Source: Nitrospiraceae bacterium (GTDB taxonomy: Bacteria > Nitrospirota > Nitrospiria > Nitrospirales > Nitrospiraceae). Taken from it: a stretch of DNA of 64,000 nt. Shown here piece by piece: positions 1-9,821 of the stretch (the first letter of the stretch is position 1; each line of letters begins with the position of its first letter). The position numbers and the translations under genes are program-made. Under the pieces are notes generated by a model that had not been told where the DNA came from, searched no databases, and saw only the letters and a list, made by a program, of their open reading frames with translations. The DNA is taken from contig JBFWWG010000001.1 of the NCBI GenBank assembly GCA_050246315.1, forward strand, positions 352,001-416,000, read 5' to 3'.

Positions 1-31
1 AGACGGAGCAATGAGTCGCTTCCGTCTCCAA

Positions 32-1123
32 CTAGACACCCGCCTTTCGTTTTTCGACGATGGCCTTGAACGCGGGAATGTCGAAGCTCCGGGGATCGGG
101 ACCACCACGCAGATCGCGATTCAGGGTGTCGATCGCCGCCATCTCGTCGACTGTCAGTTCGAAGTCGAAGATCTCGATGTTTGCCAACAAGCGCTCATAG
201 TGCTGTGATTTCGGCATAACGATCCGACCTTGTTGGCAGTGCCAACGCAGCACGATCTGTGCAGTGGTCTTCCTATGCTTCTGAGCCAAGTTCACAATGG
301 TGGGGTCTTCAAGGACTCGCACCGGGTTGGTCGGGTCCTTCGGGAGGCTGACGAACACCCCGCCAATCGGCGACCAGCTCTCGGTCTTGACGCCATATCG
401 CTCGTTGGCCTCGCGCACAGATTCTTGCGACATGTACGGATGCAGCTCGATCTGGTTCAACACGGGCGCTATCTTCGTGCTATCCATCAGGATTTTCAGA
501 TGGCTCGGCTGGAAATTACTCACGCCGATAGCCCGAATGCGTTTGTCCGCGTAGAGCTTTTCCATCGCCTTGTACGCGGCAATGGTTTTGTTGAAGTCAG
601 TCGGCACCGGCCAGTGCAGCAAGTAGAGATCGAGGTAATCAAGCCCAAGGGCATTGAGGCTCCTGTCGAACGCCCGCATCGCCTCGTCATAACCATAGTC
701 TTCAATCCAGAGCTTGGTGGTGATAAACAGATCCGAGCGGTTGACGCCGCTGCGCACAATGCCTTCCCCTACCGCTTTCTCATTGCCATAGTTTGTAGCC
801 GTGTCAATCAGGCGGTAGCCATTGGTCAACGCGAAGCTGATAACGTCAGCCGCCTGGAAGGTCGGCAATGCAAAGGTGCCAACGCCAAACACCGGCATAT
901 CAACACCGTTGTTCAGTTTCGTCAGGGGGCTCTTGCCGGACCTGGTAGCTGTGCTGGTTCCTACTGCTGTCGCGTCAGTATTTTTCCCGCCAATAGAGCC
1001 GGCGCTGGCAGCGAGAACGTTCGTACAAGCCGCTGCGGCAATGGCGGTGGCGGCAAGTCCAGAGATGAACGTTCGCCGGCTGCAACTCGCAAGTTCTGGG
1101 GTGTCCGTCTCATGATCGTTCAT
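32..1123 (-). CDS. Aldo/keto reductase (2,5-diketo-D-gluconate reductase-like) with N-terminal Tat-like signal
   Basis: AKR motifs GYRLIDTA..YGNE, FITTKLW, DLYLLHWP, IGVSNF; SRRTFIS twin-arginine motif plus hydrophobic stretch. Confidence 0.9.
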   Translation of the reverse strand: MNDHETDTPELASCSRRTFISGLAATAIAAAACTNVLAASAGSIGGKNTDATAVGTSTATRSGKSPLTKLNNGVDMPVFGVGTFALPTFQAADVISFALTNGYRLIDTATNYGNEKAVGEGIVRSGVNRSDLFITTKLWIEDYGYDEAMRAFDRSLNALGLDYLDLYLLHWPVPTDFNKTIAAYKAMEKLYADKRIRAIGVSNFQPSHLKILMDSTKIAPVLNQIELHPYMSQESVREANERYGVKTESWSPIGGVFVSLPKDPTNPVRVLEDPTIVNLAQKHRKTTAQIVLRWHCQQGRIVMPKSQHYERLLANIEIFDFELTVDEMAAIDTLNRDLRGGPDPRSFDIPAFKAIVEKRKAGV

Positions 1124-1324
1124 TGCGGTCTCCTTGGTTTATTGACAACCGCACCCGGAGTTCAGCTCGAGCAGGGATGGGTACAAACTGTCATGAATTA
1201 CGCCTTCAAATAGCCCTTATACGCCGAGTGGCGTTAGGACGATCCTTGAGAGTGTTTGTCCAAAACTCCAAACTGGCAGGACCTTTCTGGACATCGGCTT
1301 AGTCGGCGGATTAGGATTTTGGGC

Positions 1325-2272
1325 ATGGCGAAGACGATCATGAAAGATTGGGGCCAACGACGGTTGGAAACAGACCGGGCGGAGTTGGCCGAGCGTATCG
1401 CGCGGGCACAACCCAAAGACGGCCAGGTTGAAGTGCGCCCGGGCCTGTACCTGAACCGCATTTCTTCACCTCACTATGCCGTTCACGGCATTCTTGAGCC
1501 GTCCTGTTGCGTGGTCGCCGAGGGCAGCAAAGAGGTGACGCTTGGCGGGAAGGCGTACCGCTATGACGCGGCCCACTACCTGATTGCCACCATGGGTGTA
1601 CCGGCGTTTGCCAGGATCGTGAACGCCACCCCTGAACGGCCCTATCTGAGTGTTCGCTTCATTCTCGACCCGGCCGTAGTTACCTCGGTTATCGTCGAAT
1701 CCGGCATCATCCGCCAGAAAGGAGATGGGAATGGCGATGTGAGAGCGGTCGACGTCAGCGCCCTGAGTATGGATATGCTCGATGCGACGCTACGGCTCGT
1801 CAGGGCAGCCGAGTCGGCAGAAGAGTACAGGGTGCTGGGCCCCCTAGTGATACGGGAGCTTGTCTACCGTCTGTTAACAGGCGCCCAGGCCATCCGCCTG
1901 AACCACCTCGCGCGTTTCGGTGGTCAGGATCACCGCATGGTTCGCGCCGTCAAAATGCTGTCTGACCGCTTCAACGAGCCGCTACGCATCGAAGCGGTAG
2001 CCGACCAGCTTGGTATGAGCGCGTCCGGCTTTCACGCCCATTTCAAGGCGGCAACCAACATGTCGCCGTTGCAGTTCCAGAAACAACTTCGGCTCCAAGA
2101 GGCCCAGCGGCTCATGCTGAGCGAGGGTGTCGATGCCGGACAAGCGGCGTATCACGTCGGGTATGGGGACCAGTCGCACTTCAACCGCGACTACAAGCGC
2201 CAATTTGGGGAGCCACCGACGCGGAATATTGCGCGGCTGCGGGAGATGGCTGCGCTGGGGGCAACTGCATAG
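1325..2272 (+). CDS. AraC-family regulator (YqhC-like), divergent from the AKR
   Basis: AraC N-terminal domain and C-terminal HTH (MSASGFHAHFK..SPLQFQKQLRL..VGYGDQSHFNRDYKRQFGEPP); start chosen at ATG 1325. Confidence 0.9.
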   Translation: MAKTIMKDWGQRRLETDRAELAERIARAQPKDGQVEVRPGLYLNRISSPHYAVHGILEPSCCVVAEGSKEVTLGGKAYRYDAAHYLIATMGVPAFARIVNATPERPYLSVRFILDPAVVTSVIVESGIIRQKGDGNGDVRAVDVSALSMDMLDATLRLVRAAESAEEYRVLGPLVIRELVYRLLTGAQAIRLNHLARFGGQDHRMVRAVKMLSDRFNEPLRIEAVADQLGMSASGFHAHFKAATNMSPLQFQKQLRLQEAQRLMLSEGVDAGQAAYHVGYGDQSHFNRDYKRQFGEPPTRNIARLREMAALGATA

Positions 2273-2470
2273 CTCGTTGGGCCGTATGACTGGTCGGGCT
2301 ACGATGCACCATCACGCCCGCCACAGCGTCTTGGTGACCGGTACAGCGAGCACATCTGGGCGGCGCTCGCCAGCGATACCGATGCCATGCTCGCGATGCC
2401 AGCCAACGCACCGAGCACGGAACTGATGAACCCGAGATTGGAAACCCAGTAACAGAATTTCATCCCTTAA

Positions 2471-2770
2471 CCCACATTATTCATGACCGCTTCTGCCGCA
2501 ACCACCGTGCGACCCGTTGCGATCAAAGAGCAACGGGTGCCCCGGCTGCGACAGGCCTGGACAGTCGAAGGTTATTCTCCGGCGGCGACAATGAAGAAAG
2601 GCTTCGCCCGACGAGCCGCCGGTTCACACGAAGTGTGGTATAGCGGGCGGACTCGCCGCTCGGTCGGCCAACAGACTGTTTCAAGTCTGCCTCCCTTCCT
2701 CGCGGCTCCACACGCCCGTCTCGCCTGGCGACTCCGCAATTTCGCGACGAAGCGTCATGAACAATGTGGG
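2471..2770. mobile_element. MITE-like element, copy A (complete)
   Basis: Terminal inverted repeats CCCACATTATTCATGAC / GTCATGAACAATGTGGG, flanked by TTAA/TTGA; homologous copies elsewhere in the window. Confidence 0.8.
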
Positions 2771-3039
2771 TTGAAGTTGTTCTTCATCTCTTCAGACGCA
2801 GCAATCAGAAACAGTCTTCCCATGGTCTCCTGTCTCGTTTCTCGACGACACCCGTTCCGTGCGAAATGACTGCCGTCTCACTCACATCGTCTACACGTCA
2901 CCGCTTCGAGTAGGTCTCGCCTAGCGCAATGACGCCGCTTCCGTTCGCGGGCCGCCTCGATTGACTTCGATCTCGCCAGCGCCAGATGATGGCCGCACCA
3001 ATCGGATGCCTCCCATGGCCGGAATGGGAAGGAGGACTC

Positions 3040-4659
3040 TTGGAGAATTTGCATCAGCTTGAGCTCGTCATCATGTTGTTGGGCGTTGCGCTTGCGTTGA
3101 CGACGATTGCGCAGAAAATCGTCCTGCCTTACCCCATTCTGCTCGTCCTCGGCGGACTGTTGTTGGCGCTCGTCCCGGAGATGCCGACCGTCTCGCTCCA
3201 TCCCGATCTTGTGTTTCTGGTGTTTCTCCCCCCTATCCTCTGGTCGGCTGCGTATTTCACATCGTGGAGAGAATTTCGTGCGAACTTGCGGCCGATCTCG
3301 CTTCTCGCCGTCGGGCTGGTGCTGGCCACGACGATCGGCGTGGCCATGATGGCGCGGTGGCTGCTCCCCGGCATGGGGTGGCCCGAAGCCCTCGCATTGG
3401 GCGCCATCGTCTCTCCGCCGGACGCCGTGTCGGCCACTGCGATCGGGAAACGATTGCACATCCCGCGGCGCATCGTCACGATTCTGGAAGGAGAAAGTCT
3501 TGTCAACGACGCCTCCGCGCTGGTGCTCTACCGTGCGGCGGTTGCTGCAGCCATCGGAAGCGGCTTCGACTTGGGAATGACGTTGCTGCACTTCATGTTT
3601 GCCACCGTCGTGGGAATCGCCATCGGGATGCTCGTGAGTATGGCCGCGCGATGGGCCATGTGCGCGGCTCGTGACAGTTTTACCGAAATCGCGATCACCC
3701 TCCTCTCCCCCTACGTCGCTTGGGTGATCGGTGAGTCCGTCCATGCATCGGCGGTGCTCGCTTGTGTGGCTGGCGGACTGTCCATGCGCAAACATTTCAG
3801 CGAGCTCTCGCCGATGACGCGCATTCACGGCCGAGCTGTGTGGGACCTGCTGATTTTCGTCTTGAACGGGTTCATCTTTATCTTGATCGGGCTGGAACTG
3901 ACGGCATTAAAAGAGACCATCCCCGCGGACCGCTTCGGCCCTCTGCTCATCGCCGGAGCGCTGGTGAGTCTGACCGCCATCGTGGTTCGTCTTATCTGGG
4001 TTCCTTTGGCTGCCGCCATCCCGCGTTGGCTCAGTCCGTCTATCCGCCGTCGCGACCCGCTGCCGCCCTGGCAAAACATCTTTGTGGCCTCGTGGACCGG
4101 CATGCGTGGCATTGTGACCCTTGCCGCTGCCTTGGCCCTTCCGATGGCTACCGAATCGGGTAGCCCGTTCCCGTTCCGCTCAGAGATCATCCTCATCAGC
4201 TTCTGCGTGATTCTCGCAACTCTGGTAGGACAAGGGCTCACCCTCTCGCCTTTGATACGCGCGTTACGACTCGATGACGACCACGGATTGGAACAGGAGG
4301 AAATGTTGGCACGACGACAGGCGGCCGAAGAAGCCTTGCAGCGTCTTGAACAACTTGCAGGCGAGACCTGGACGAAGGAGCCGCATATTGAACAACTGCG
4401 CGTCCACTATGGCGACCGTGTCCAACGATTTGGCGAACGGAGCACGGTCGATCAGGAATGTTCTGAAGAAATGACGGCGATGTTTCGTCGTCTTCGACAT
4501 GAAACGATGAGCGCCGAACGGCTCCACCTCATCGCCCTACGGAACAGCGGGACGATCAGCGACGAGATCCTCCACCGGTTAGAGCATGAATTGGATGTCG
4601 AAGCCATTCGCCTCGGCATCGGAGAGCAACGTATCATGGCAAAGAACGTTTCGCCGTGA
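3040..4659 (+). CDS. Na+/H+ antiporter, CPA1 (NhaP/YjcE) family
   Basis: Multiple TM segments, SPPDAV and ILEGESLVNDASAL, GMRGIVTLAAALALP; TTG start at 3040 after GGAGGA RBS. Confidence 0.92.
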   Translation: MENLHQLELVIMLLGVALALTTIAQKIVLPYPILLVLGGLLLALVPEMPTVSLHPDLVFLVFLPPILWSAAYFTSWREFRANLRPISLLAVGLVLATTIGVAMMARWLLPGMGWPEALALGAIVSPPDAVSATAIGKRLHIPRRIVTILEGESLVNDASALVLYRAAVAAAIGSGFDLGMTLLHFMFATVVGIAIGMLVSMAARWAMCAARDSFTEIAITLLSPYVAWVIGESVHASAVLACVAGGLSMRKHFSELSPMTRIHGRAVWDLLIFVLNGFIFILIGLELTALKETIPADRFGPLLIAGALVSLTAIVVRLIWVPLAAAIPRWLSPSIRRRDPLPPWQNIFVASWTGMRGIVTLAAALALPMATESGSPFPFRSEIILISFCVILATLVGQGLTLSPLIRALRLDDDHGLEQEEMLARRQAAEEALQRLEQLAGETWTKEPHIEQLRVHYGDRVQRFGERSTVDQECSEEMTAMFRRLRHETMSAERLHLIALRNSGTISDEILHRLEHELDVEAIRLGIGEQRIMAKNVSP

Positions 4660-5147
4660 ATGCGCCGATACCGAATCGTCACTTCGTTTTCGTGACGATC
4701 GAACGCGAGATCGAGATGCGCGGTTCGGACCGAGAGGTTCCGAATCTCGACTCGCTCGAGGAACGGCGTAAGCACCGGACGGACGAAACTCACGAGGCGA
4801 CGAGGCGCATCAATCTGTAGGCCCAGAACGGCGGTCGCATCGTTCACCAAAGCCGTTCTCGCCGGCACTCGTCCGAAGGCCGGCAGCGAGATCGGTCGGA
4901 GATTGTTTCGAAAGTCTCGCAGAGAGGCGAAATAGACGGCCGACCAAAGGATGGGCGGCTAGAATACGAGGAAGACCGGATCGGGATTGAGCGCGACGGC
5001 GGGCATGCCGGGAACGACAGCCAAGTGGAACCCGCCGATCACCGGCAGAATCGGGTAGGGGACCAGAATTCGCTGCGCGACCGTCGTCAGCGCCAGGACG
5101 ACGGCGAGCAGCAAGACAATAATCTCAAGCTGGTGCAGACTGTCCAT
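4656..5147 (-). pseudogene. Chimeric relic: N-terminus of a second NhaP-type antiporter (internal TAG) fused to the C-terminus of an amylo-alpha-1,6-glucosidase
   Basis: MDSLHQLEIIVLLL..LVF*PPILWSAVYFASLRDFRNNLRPISL..ALVNDATA matches 3040-4659; then VLGLQIDAP..VRPVLTPFLERVEIRNLSV resembles a debranching-enzyme C-terminus. Confidence 0.75.
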
Positions 5148-5155
5148 TCACCTAA

Positions 5156-5348
5156 CCCACATTATTCATGACCGCTTCTACTGCAACCACCGTGCGACCC
5201 GTTGCGATCAAAGAGCAACGGGTGCCCCGGCTACGACAGGCTTGGACAGTCGAAGGTTATTCTCCGGCGGCGACAATGAAGAAGGGCTTCGCCCGACGAG
5301 CCGCCGGTTCACACGAAGTGTGGTATAGCGGGCAGGCTCGCCGCTCGG
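5156..5348. mobile_element. MITE-like element, copy B (truncated, near-identical to copy A)
   Basis: About 190 bp nearly identical to the start of copy A, preceded by CTAA; right TIR missing. Confidence 0.8.
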
Positions 5349-5377
5349 AAGGTCTGCCAGAGACAAGACGCGACCGA

Positions 5378-5764
5378 TCACTTTTCGATATCAAACCCGT
5401 CGGTCTTCCACCAGCGCCACCCCCCGTCGAGCTCCATCACGGGATAGCCCTGCTTGGCGAACTCCACCGCCGCCGTCGCCGCCAGGTGGCACACTTGGGA
5501 GTAACAGTAGAGGACGTTGATCTTCTTTTTGTTGAGCTTGGCCTTGACCAGTTTGGCATTGCCCCATTCCGTCTTGGGTAAATTGATAGCTCCCGGGATG
5601 TGACCTTCAGCATAGTCTTCCGCCGCCCTTACATCGACGATGTGCACCGGCTGGCCCTGCTTGACCCATCGCTCCAATTCGACCGGCCCGGTTGTGAAGG
5701 CCATCTTGTCCTGAAAATACTTCTTCGCCTTCGCCGCGCTGGGAATCTTGACTGTCGTCGCCAT
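5378..5764 (-). CDS. Rhodanese-like domain protein
   Basis: IVDVR..YAEGHIPGAINLP, LYCYSQVCH, ELDGGW. Confidence 0.88.
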   Translation of the reverse strand: MATTVKIPSAAKAKKYFQDKMAFTTGPVELERWVKQGQPVHIVDVRAAEDYAEGHIPGAINLPKTEWGNAKLVKAKLNKKKINVLYCYSQVCHLAATAAVEFAKQGYPVMELDGGWRWWKTDGFDIEK

Positions 5765-5775
5765 GAGCTTCCTCC

Positions 5776-6213
5776 TTATTGAGATGAGTCTTCGAGCTTC
5801 GCATCCATCGTAATTGTCGTGTTGAGCAGCCGCGAGATCGGGCAGCCGGTCTTGGCCGCTTGTGTCGCTTTATCCCAGGCCGCCGCATCGGCCTTCGGAA
5901 CCTTGCCCTTCACATTCAGATGGATGTTTGTTACCGTCCAGCCCGCGTCGAGTTTCTCAAACGTGAGCGTCGCCGTCGTCTCCAGCTTCTCCGCCACCAA
6001 TCCTGCGTTTCCTAACTGTCCGGATAGGGCCATGGTGAAACAGCCGGCGTGCGCCGCCGCGATCAGTTCTTCCGGATTCGTGCCCGGGCCGTTCTCGAAC
6101 CTGGTGCCGAAGGAATACTGCGTCTTCGAGAGCACACCGCTCTCGCTGGAGACCGTGCCCTTACCGGTTTTCAGATCACCCTGCCAGATGGCTGAAGCCT
6201 GTCGTTTCATCAT
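5776..6213 (-). CDS. osmC: OsmC family peroxiredoxin
   Basis: GTNPEELIAAAHAGCFTMALS and AKTGCPISRLL. Confidence 0.92.
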   Translation of the reverse strand: MMKRQASAIWQGDLKTGKGTVSSESGVLSKTQYSFGTRFENGPGTNPEELIAAAHAGCFTMALSGQLGNAGLVAEKLETTATLTFEKLDAGWTVTNIHLNVKGKVPKADAAAWDKATQAAKTGCPISRLLNTTITMDAKLEDSSQ

Positions 6214-6299
6214 TGACCTCCTTAAGTGTTGAAGCTTAATACGGCCCGGAATCTAGCCTTGCCGCTCAGCATCTGTTGATAGGCTTCGTTCGCCCGAGC

Positions 6300-6713
6300 C
6301 ACGGGGCGTGGGTCCATCATGAAGCCGTTCCGATTCGGCATCTGCACCTTCGGCGCCATGCGCGCGTCGATCGCGGCCGATGGCCTCTCTCAGCACCTCG
6401 TCGGTCAGAGGAACACATCGGTCGAGGCCCGCGGCGTCGCTGCCTCCGGTCGGCGTCACGCCGCCTCGCGCCTGATCCACGCCGCTTCGAGGAGGGGCGA
6501 GAGTTTGACTCCCATCCACTCGCTCCTACTCGTCAAGCTGTGGGTGTCTAGACCGGTGACGTCCTGCGCATTCGGCCACCCGCTCCCTGTATTGCCCGAG
6601 CATTCGAAGAACGCACGCCGCGATTGGGATGGCCTCCTCGACGGGGAACATCAGCGACCGCTCAACCAAGCAGGACCTTTTTGCCGGTTGATAGGCCGTG
6701 CGTCCTCATCCAT
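6300..6713 (-). pseudogene. Collapsed sulfite dehydrogenase relic: sorA/soxC fragments joined to a sorB/soxD-like cytochrome C-terminus
   Basis: Manual translation gives PSQSRRAFFECSGNTGSGW..THSLTSRSEWMGVKLSPLLEAA and GSDAAGLDRCVPL (SoxC-like), then IDARMAPKVQMPNRNGFMMDPRP matching the C-terminus of 44980-45552; RBS plus ATG at 6713. Confidence 0.72.
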
Positions 6714-6837
6714 CGCAACCTCCCTTTGCATCGAAAGCTCGCTCCAATGGACATTGTCATCGTGTGGGCGGCTGAGATCAAGGTGGCGTTTTCGCTCCGA
6801 CCGCCTTCACTCGTGCCGCACAGTGGCACGGCCCGCT

Positions 6838-7179
6838 CTACCTATCGATCCGGTCTGGTCCGGAGACATCCTGCGGCAGTGGCGCGCGAGAGGGGAGTCG
6901 CCGGCGGAGGCCCACTTGACCGAGCAGGAAGGCGCTCACCGGCGCAGTCATGAACAGAAACAATGTGATGAGCAGCTCGCGGAGGCTGAGGCCCCCGTCG
7001 ATGCCATGGGCGAGGGCCGCGAGCAGCATGCCGCCGACGCCCAATGTCGTGGCTTTTGTCGGACCGTGCAGCCGCATGAAGAAATCGGGGAGCCGAACAA
7101 GGCCGATCGCACCCACCAGGGTGAAGAAGCTGCCGATCAGAAGCAACAGAGAGACGAGGAGATCGAGCATCGTCGTCAC
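6838..7179 (-). CDS. mrpG: Mrp/Pha Na+/H+ antiporter subunit G
   Basis: GLVRLPDFFMRLHGPTKATTLG; last gene of the operon. Confidence 0.92.
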   Translation of the reverse strand: MTTMLDLLVSLLLLIGSFFTLVGAIGLVRLPDFFMRLHGPTKATTLGVGGMLLAALAHGIDGGLSLRELLITLFLFMTAPVSAFLLGQVGLRRRLPSRAPLPQDVSGPDRIDR

Positions 7180-7445
7180 TCCATGACCTTGCCGTGGGCC
7201 AGATAGCGGGCCAGCGCCGCCGTCGCCACAAACCCGGTCAGCGCGATCAACAGGGCCGCTTCGAAAAACATCGAGGTGGACAGGTAGATGTCCAGGACGA
7301 TCAGCAGCGCGATGGTATTGATGTACAGCGTGTCGAATGCGAGCACGCGATCAGCCGGGTGGGGGCCGCGTATGAGTCGCGCCGTGCACAGCGCGAGCGA
7401 GAGCGCAATGGACCCAAACGCGACGTAGACGGCCATGGTCAGCAT
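7176..7445 (-). CDS. mrpF: Mrp/Pha antiporter subunit F
   Basis: RLIRGPHPADRVLAFDTL; 89 aa, 3 TM. Confidence 0.92.
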   Translation of the reverse strand: MLTMAVYVAFGSIALSLALCTARLIRGPHPADRVLAFDTLYINTIALLIVLDIYLSTSMFFEAALLIALTGFVATAALARYLAHGKVME

Positions 7446-7924
7446 TCCAGTATCTCCATCAGCGGCTGCTCATAGCGCGTCTTGATCGTCGCAATGAAGT
7501 GCTCCTCGTCTTCCACATGGAGCACGTGCAACCACAAGGTACGGGCGTCGGGCGAGAACGCGACCGACACGGAGCCGGGGACGATGGACACGATGCTCGC
7601 CAGGAGCGCCATCGCATGCGGGTGCGTCACGGCAAGCGGCACCTGCACGAAGCCGGGCCGCAGGCGGACGATGGGCCCGAGCACGAGGCGCGCGACCGTC
7701 ATGTTGGCGACCACGATATCCCACGCCACTCGCAGGGCGAGCCGCACCGCCGCGCCGACCGAGCGGATCCCCGGCAACCCGTCGAGCAGCGGCGCGGCGA
7801 CGAGCGGGATGGCCAGCGCGAGCACCAACGCCAACGCGAGCTGGGCCGGCGAGAGTCCGGCCAGCGCCAGCCAAGTTACGGCCAAGGTCGCCGACAACAT
7901 GGGAAACGGACAGAGGGTCTTCAT
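7439..7924 (-). CDS. mrpE: Mrp/Pha antiporter subunit E
   Basis: DIVVANMTVARLVL..LASIVSIVPGS..IKTRYEQPLMEI. Confidence 0.92.
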   Translation of the reverse strand: MKTLCPFPMLSATLAVTWLALAGLSPAQLALALVLALAIPLVAAPLLDGLPGIRSVGAAVRLALRVAWDIVVANMTVARLVLGPIVRLRPGFVQVPLAVTHPHAMALLASIVSIVPGSVSVAFSPDARTLWLHVLHVEDEEHFIATIKTRYEQPLMEILEC

Positions 7925-9468
7925 CGCACGCCTCCCATGGCATGAGGCCGGATGAGATCATCGCGGGGAGGTCCGAGCACGGCGTCGACGTAGGCGGCCG
8001 GCTCGACAAGCTGCGCCGCCGTCTCATCGGTGTAGCCGGTGATCGGCGCCGCAAACAGGACCAGGAGCAGGCTGCATCCGATCAATAGGATGACCGCCGT
8101 CCATTCTCCTGTCTGTGGAGGATGTTCTTGCCCCGATGCCTGAGGCTCGGTCACGTTCCAGAGCAGGATGCTGCCGGCGCGCGAGCACCCGATCAGGGTG
8201 AGCACGCTCGTCACCAGGATCACCGTCCAGATCGCTGCGACGCCGCTCTCATCCTGCGTGCTTTGCAGCACCATCAGCTTCCCGAGAAACCCCGAGGAAG
8301 GCGGGACACCAGCAACGGTGGCGCCGCCGAAGAGAAACGCGAGGCCGAGCAGCGCCGGATGGCGTAGCGGAGGGCCTGGGTGCAGTTGATCGCCCATCGC
8401 CCCGCGGCTCCGTCCAAGCAGATCGGTGACGAGGAACAGCACGGCAATGACGAGGGTGGAATGTGCCAGATAATAGAGCGCCGCGGAGAGCGCCGCGCCG
8501 CTGCCGATCGCCACGGCGGTGAGGATGGTCCCAACCGACGCGATCGTCAAGTAGGCGGTCATGACGGCAAGGCGTTCGGCCCCGAGCGCCCCCAGGGTGG
8601 CAAGCGCGAGGGTGATCAGGGCAACGGGCAGGAGCCAAGGGGACGTCAATTCCACGACGGCCCCTGCATCGAGGCCGTAGATCAGCGTGGTCAGGCGAAT
8701 GATCGCGTAGATCCCGATCTTGGTCATGATCGAGAACAGCGCCGCGACCGGAGCGGGCGCGTTCGCATAGGCGGCGGGCAACCAGAAGTATAAGGGAAAC
8801 AGCGCGGCTTTGATCGCGAAGACGCCGAGCAGCAACAGGCCCGCCGTCCGGACGAGGGCCAGATCTTCCGCCCGCACCCGCGCGATTCGTTCGGCGAGAT
8901 GAGCCATATTGAGGGTGCCGGCAACGCCATAGAGCAGGCTGACCGCGATGAGAAAGACGCTGGCGGCGGCGATGTTGATTGCGGCGTAGTGCAAGGTCGC
9001 GCGCAGCCGTTCCCCTCCCAATCCCTGTAGCGCCAGACAGTACGAGGCGATCAACAGCACCTCGAAGAAGACGAACAGGTTGAACAGGTCTCCCGTAAGG
9101 AACGCTCCGTTCACTCCCATCAACTGAAACAGAAAGAGCGGGTGGAAGAACTGCCCGCGGGCATCCCAGCCCTGTACCGCATAGAGCGCTACCGCAAGAG
9201 CCAGCAGCGCCGTCAACAACAGCATGAAGGCGGAGAGGCGGTCTGCAACCAAGACGATGCCAAACGGCGCCGGCCAATGGCCGAGCGGGTAGACCAATGG
9301 CGAGCCGGACCGAGCCTGCGCGAAGATGGCGGCGGCCGCCGCGGCCACGCAGACCGTCGCGCCCACGCTCAGTGCGCGCGCCACCGCAAGCGGCGCGCGA
9401 TGCAGAATCAACAGCAGCCCTGCCGAGAGCGCGGGCAAGACGATTGGAACTGCGAGCAGATGGGTCAT
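7921..9468 (-). CDS. mrpD: Mrp/Pha antiporter subunit D
   Basis: GHWPAPFGIVLVADRLS, GAFLTGDLFNLFVFFEVLL; ATG 9468 overlaps the mrpC stop (ATGA). Confidence 0.93.
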   Translation of the reverse strand: MTHLLAVPIVLPALSAGLLLILHRAPLAVARALSVGATVCVAAAAAAIFAQARSGSPLVYPLGHWPAPFGIVLVADRLSAFMLLLTALLALAVALYAVQGWDARGQFFHPLFLFQLMGVNGAFLTGDLFNLFVFFEVLLIASYCLALQGLGGERLRATLHYAAINIAAASVFLIAVSLLYGVAGTLNMAHLAERIARVRAEDLALVRTAGLLLLGVFAIKAALFPLYFWLPAAYANAPAPVAALFSIMTKIGIYAIIRLTTLIYGLDAGAVVELTSPWLLPVALITLALATLGALGAERLAVMTAYLTIASVGTILTAVAIGSGAALSAALYYLAHSTLVIAVLFLVTDLLGRSRGAMGDQLHPGPPLRHPALLGLAFLFGGATVAGVPPSSGFLGKLMVLQSTQDESGVAAIWTVILVTSVLTLIGCSRAGSILLWNVTEPQASGQEHPPQTGEWTAVILLIGCSLLLVLFAAPITGYTDETAAQLVEPAAYVDAVLGPPRDDLIRPHAMGGVR

Positions 9469-9821
9469 GACTCGTCCGCCGCCTCGCCGCCCGGCGCCGT
9501 CTCCCTGCCGTCTACATGGTCGCTGCCCGTCTCGTACCTGGTCCGCCCTGCGAGCGCCATAATGAAGCCGGTCATGCCGAACCCGATAACAATAGCCGTC
9601 AGCACCAGCGCCTGCGGCAGCGGATCGGCATAGTGGCCCGCGTCCGGCGCGATGATGGGGGCGGCTCCCGGGCGAAGCCGTCCCATCGAGAAGATGAACA
9701 GGTTGGCGGCGGAAGACAGCAGCGACAGACCCAGCACCATCGGGAAGGTGCGTCCGCGCAGGAGCAGATAGATGCCGCAGGCGGTCACGATGCCGAGTCC
9801 GATCGCCAACATCAATTCCAT
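9465..9821 (-). CDS. mrpC: Mrp/Pha antiporter subunit C
   Basis: ADPLPQALVLTAIVIGFG; ATG 9821 overlaps the mrpA stop. Confidence 0.93.
   Translation of the reverse strand: MELMLAIGLGIVTACGIYLLLRGRTFPMVLGLSLLSSAANLFIFSMGRLRPGAAPIIAPDAGHYADPLPQALVLTAIVIGFGMTGFIMALAGRTRYETGSDHVDGRETAPGGEAADES

Noticed and set aside
2483..2869. Repeated MTAS..TVRPVAIKEQR ORFs (also 5168-5581, 55890-56414)
   Set aside because: Translations of the MITE; frames are not conserved between copies
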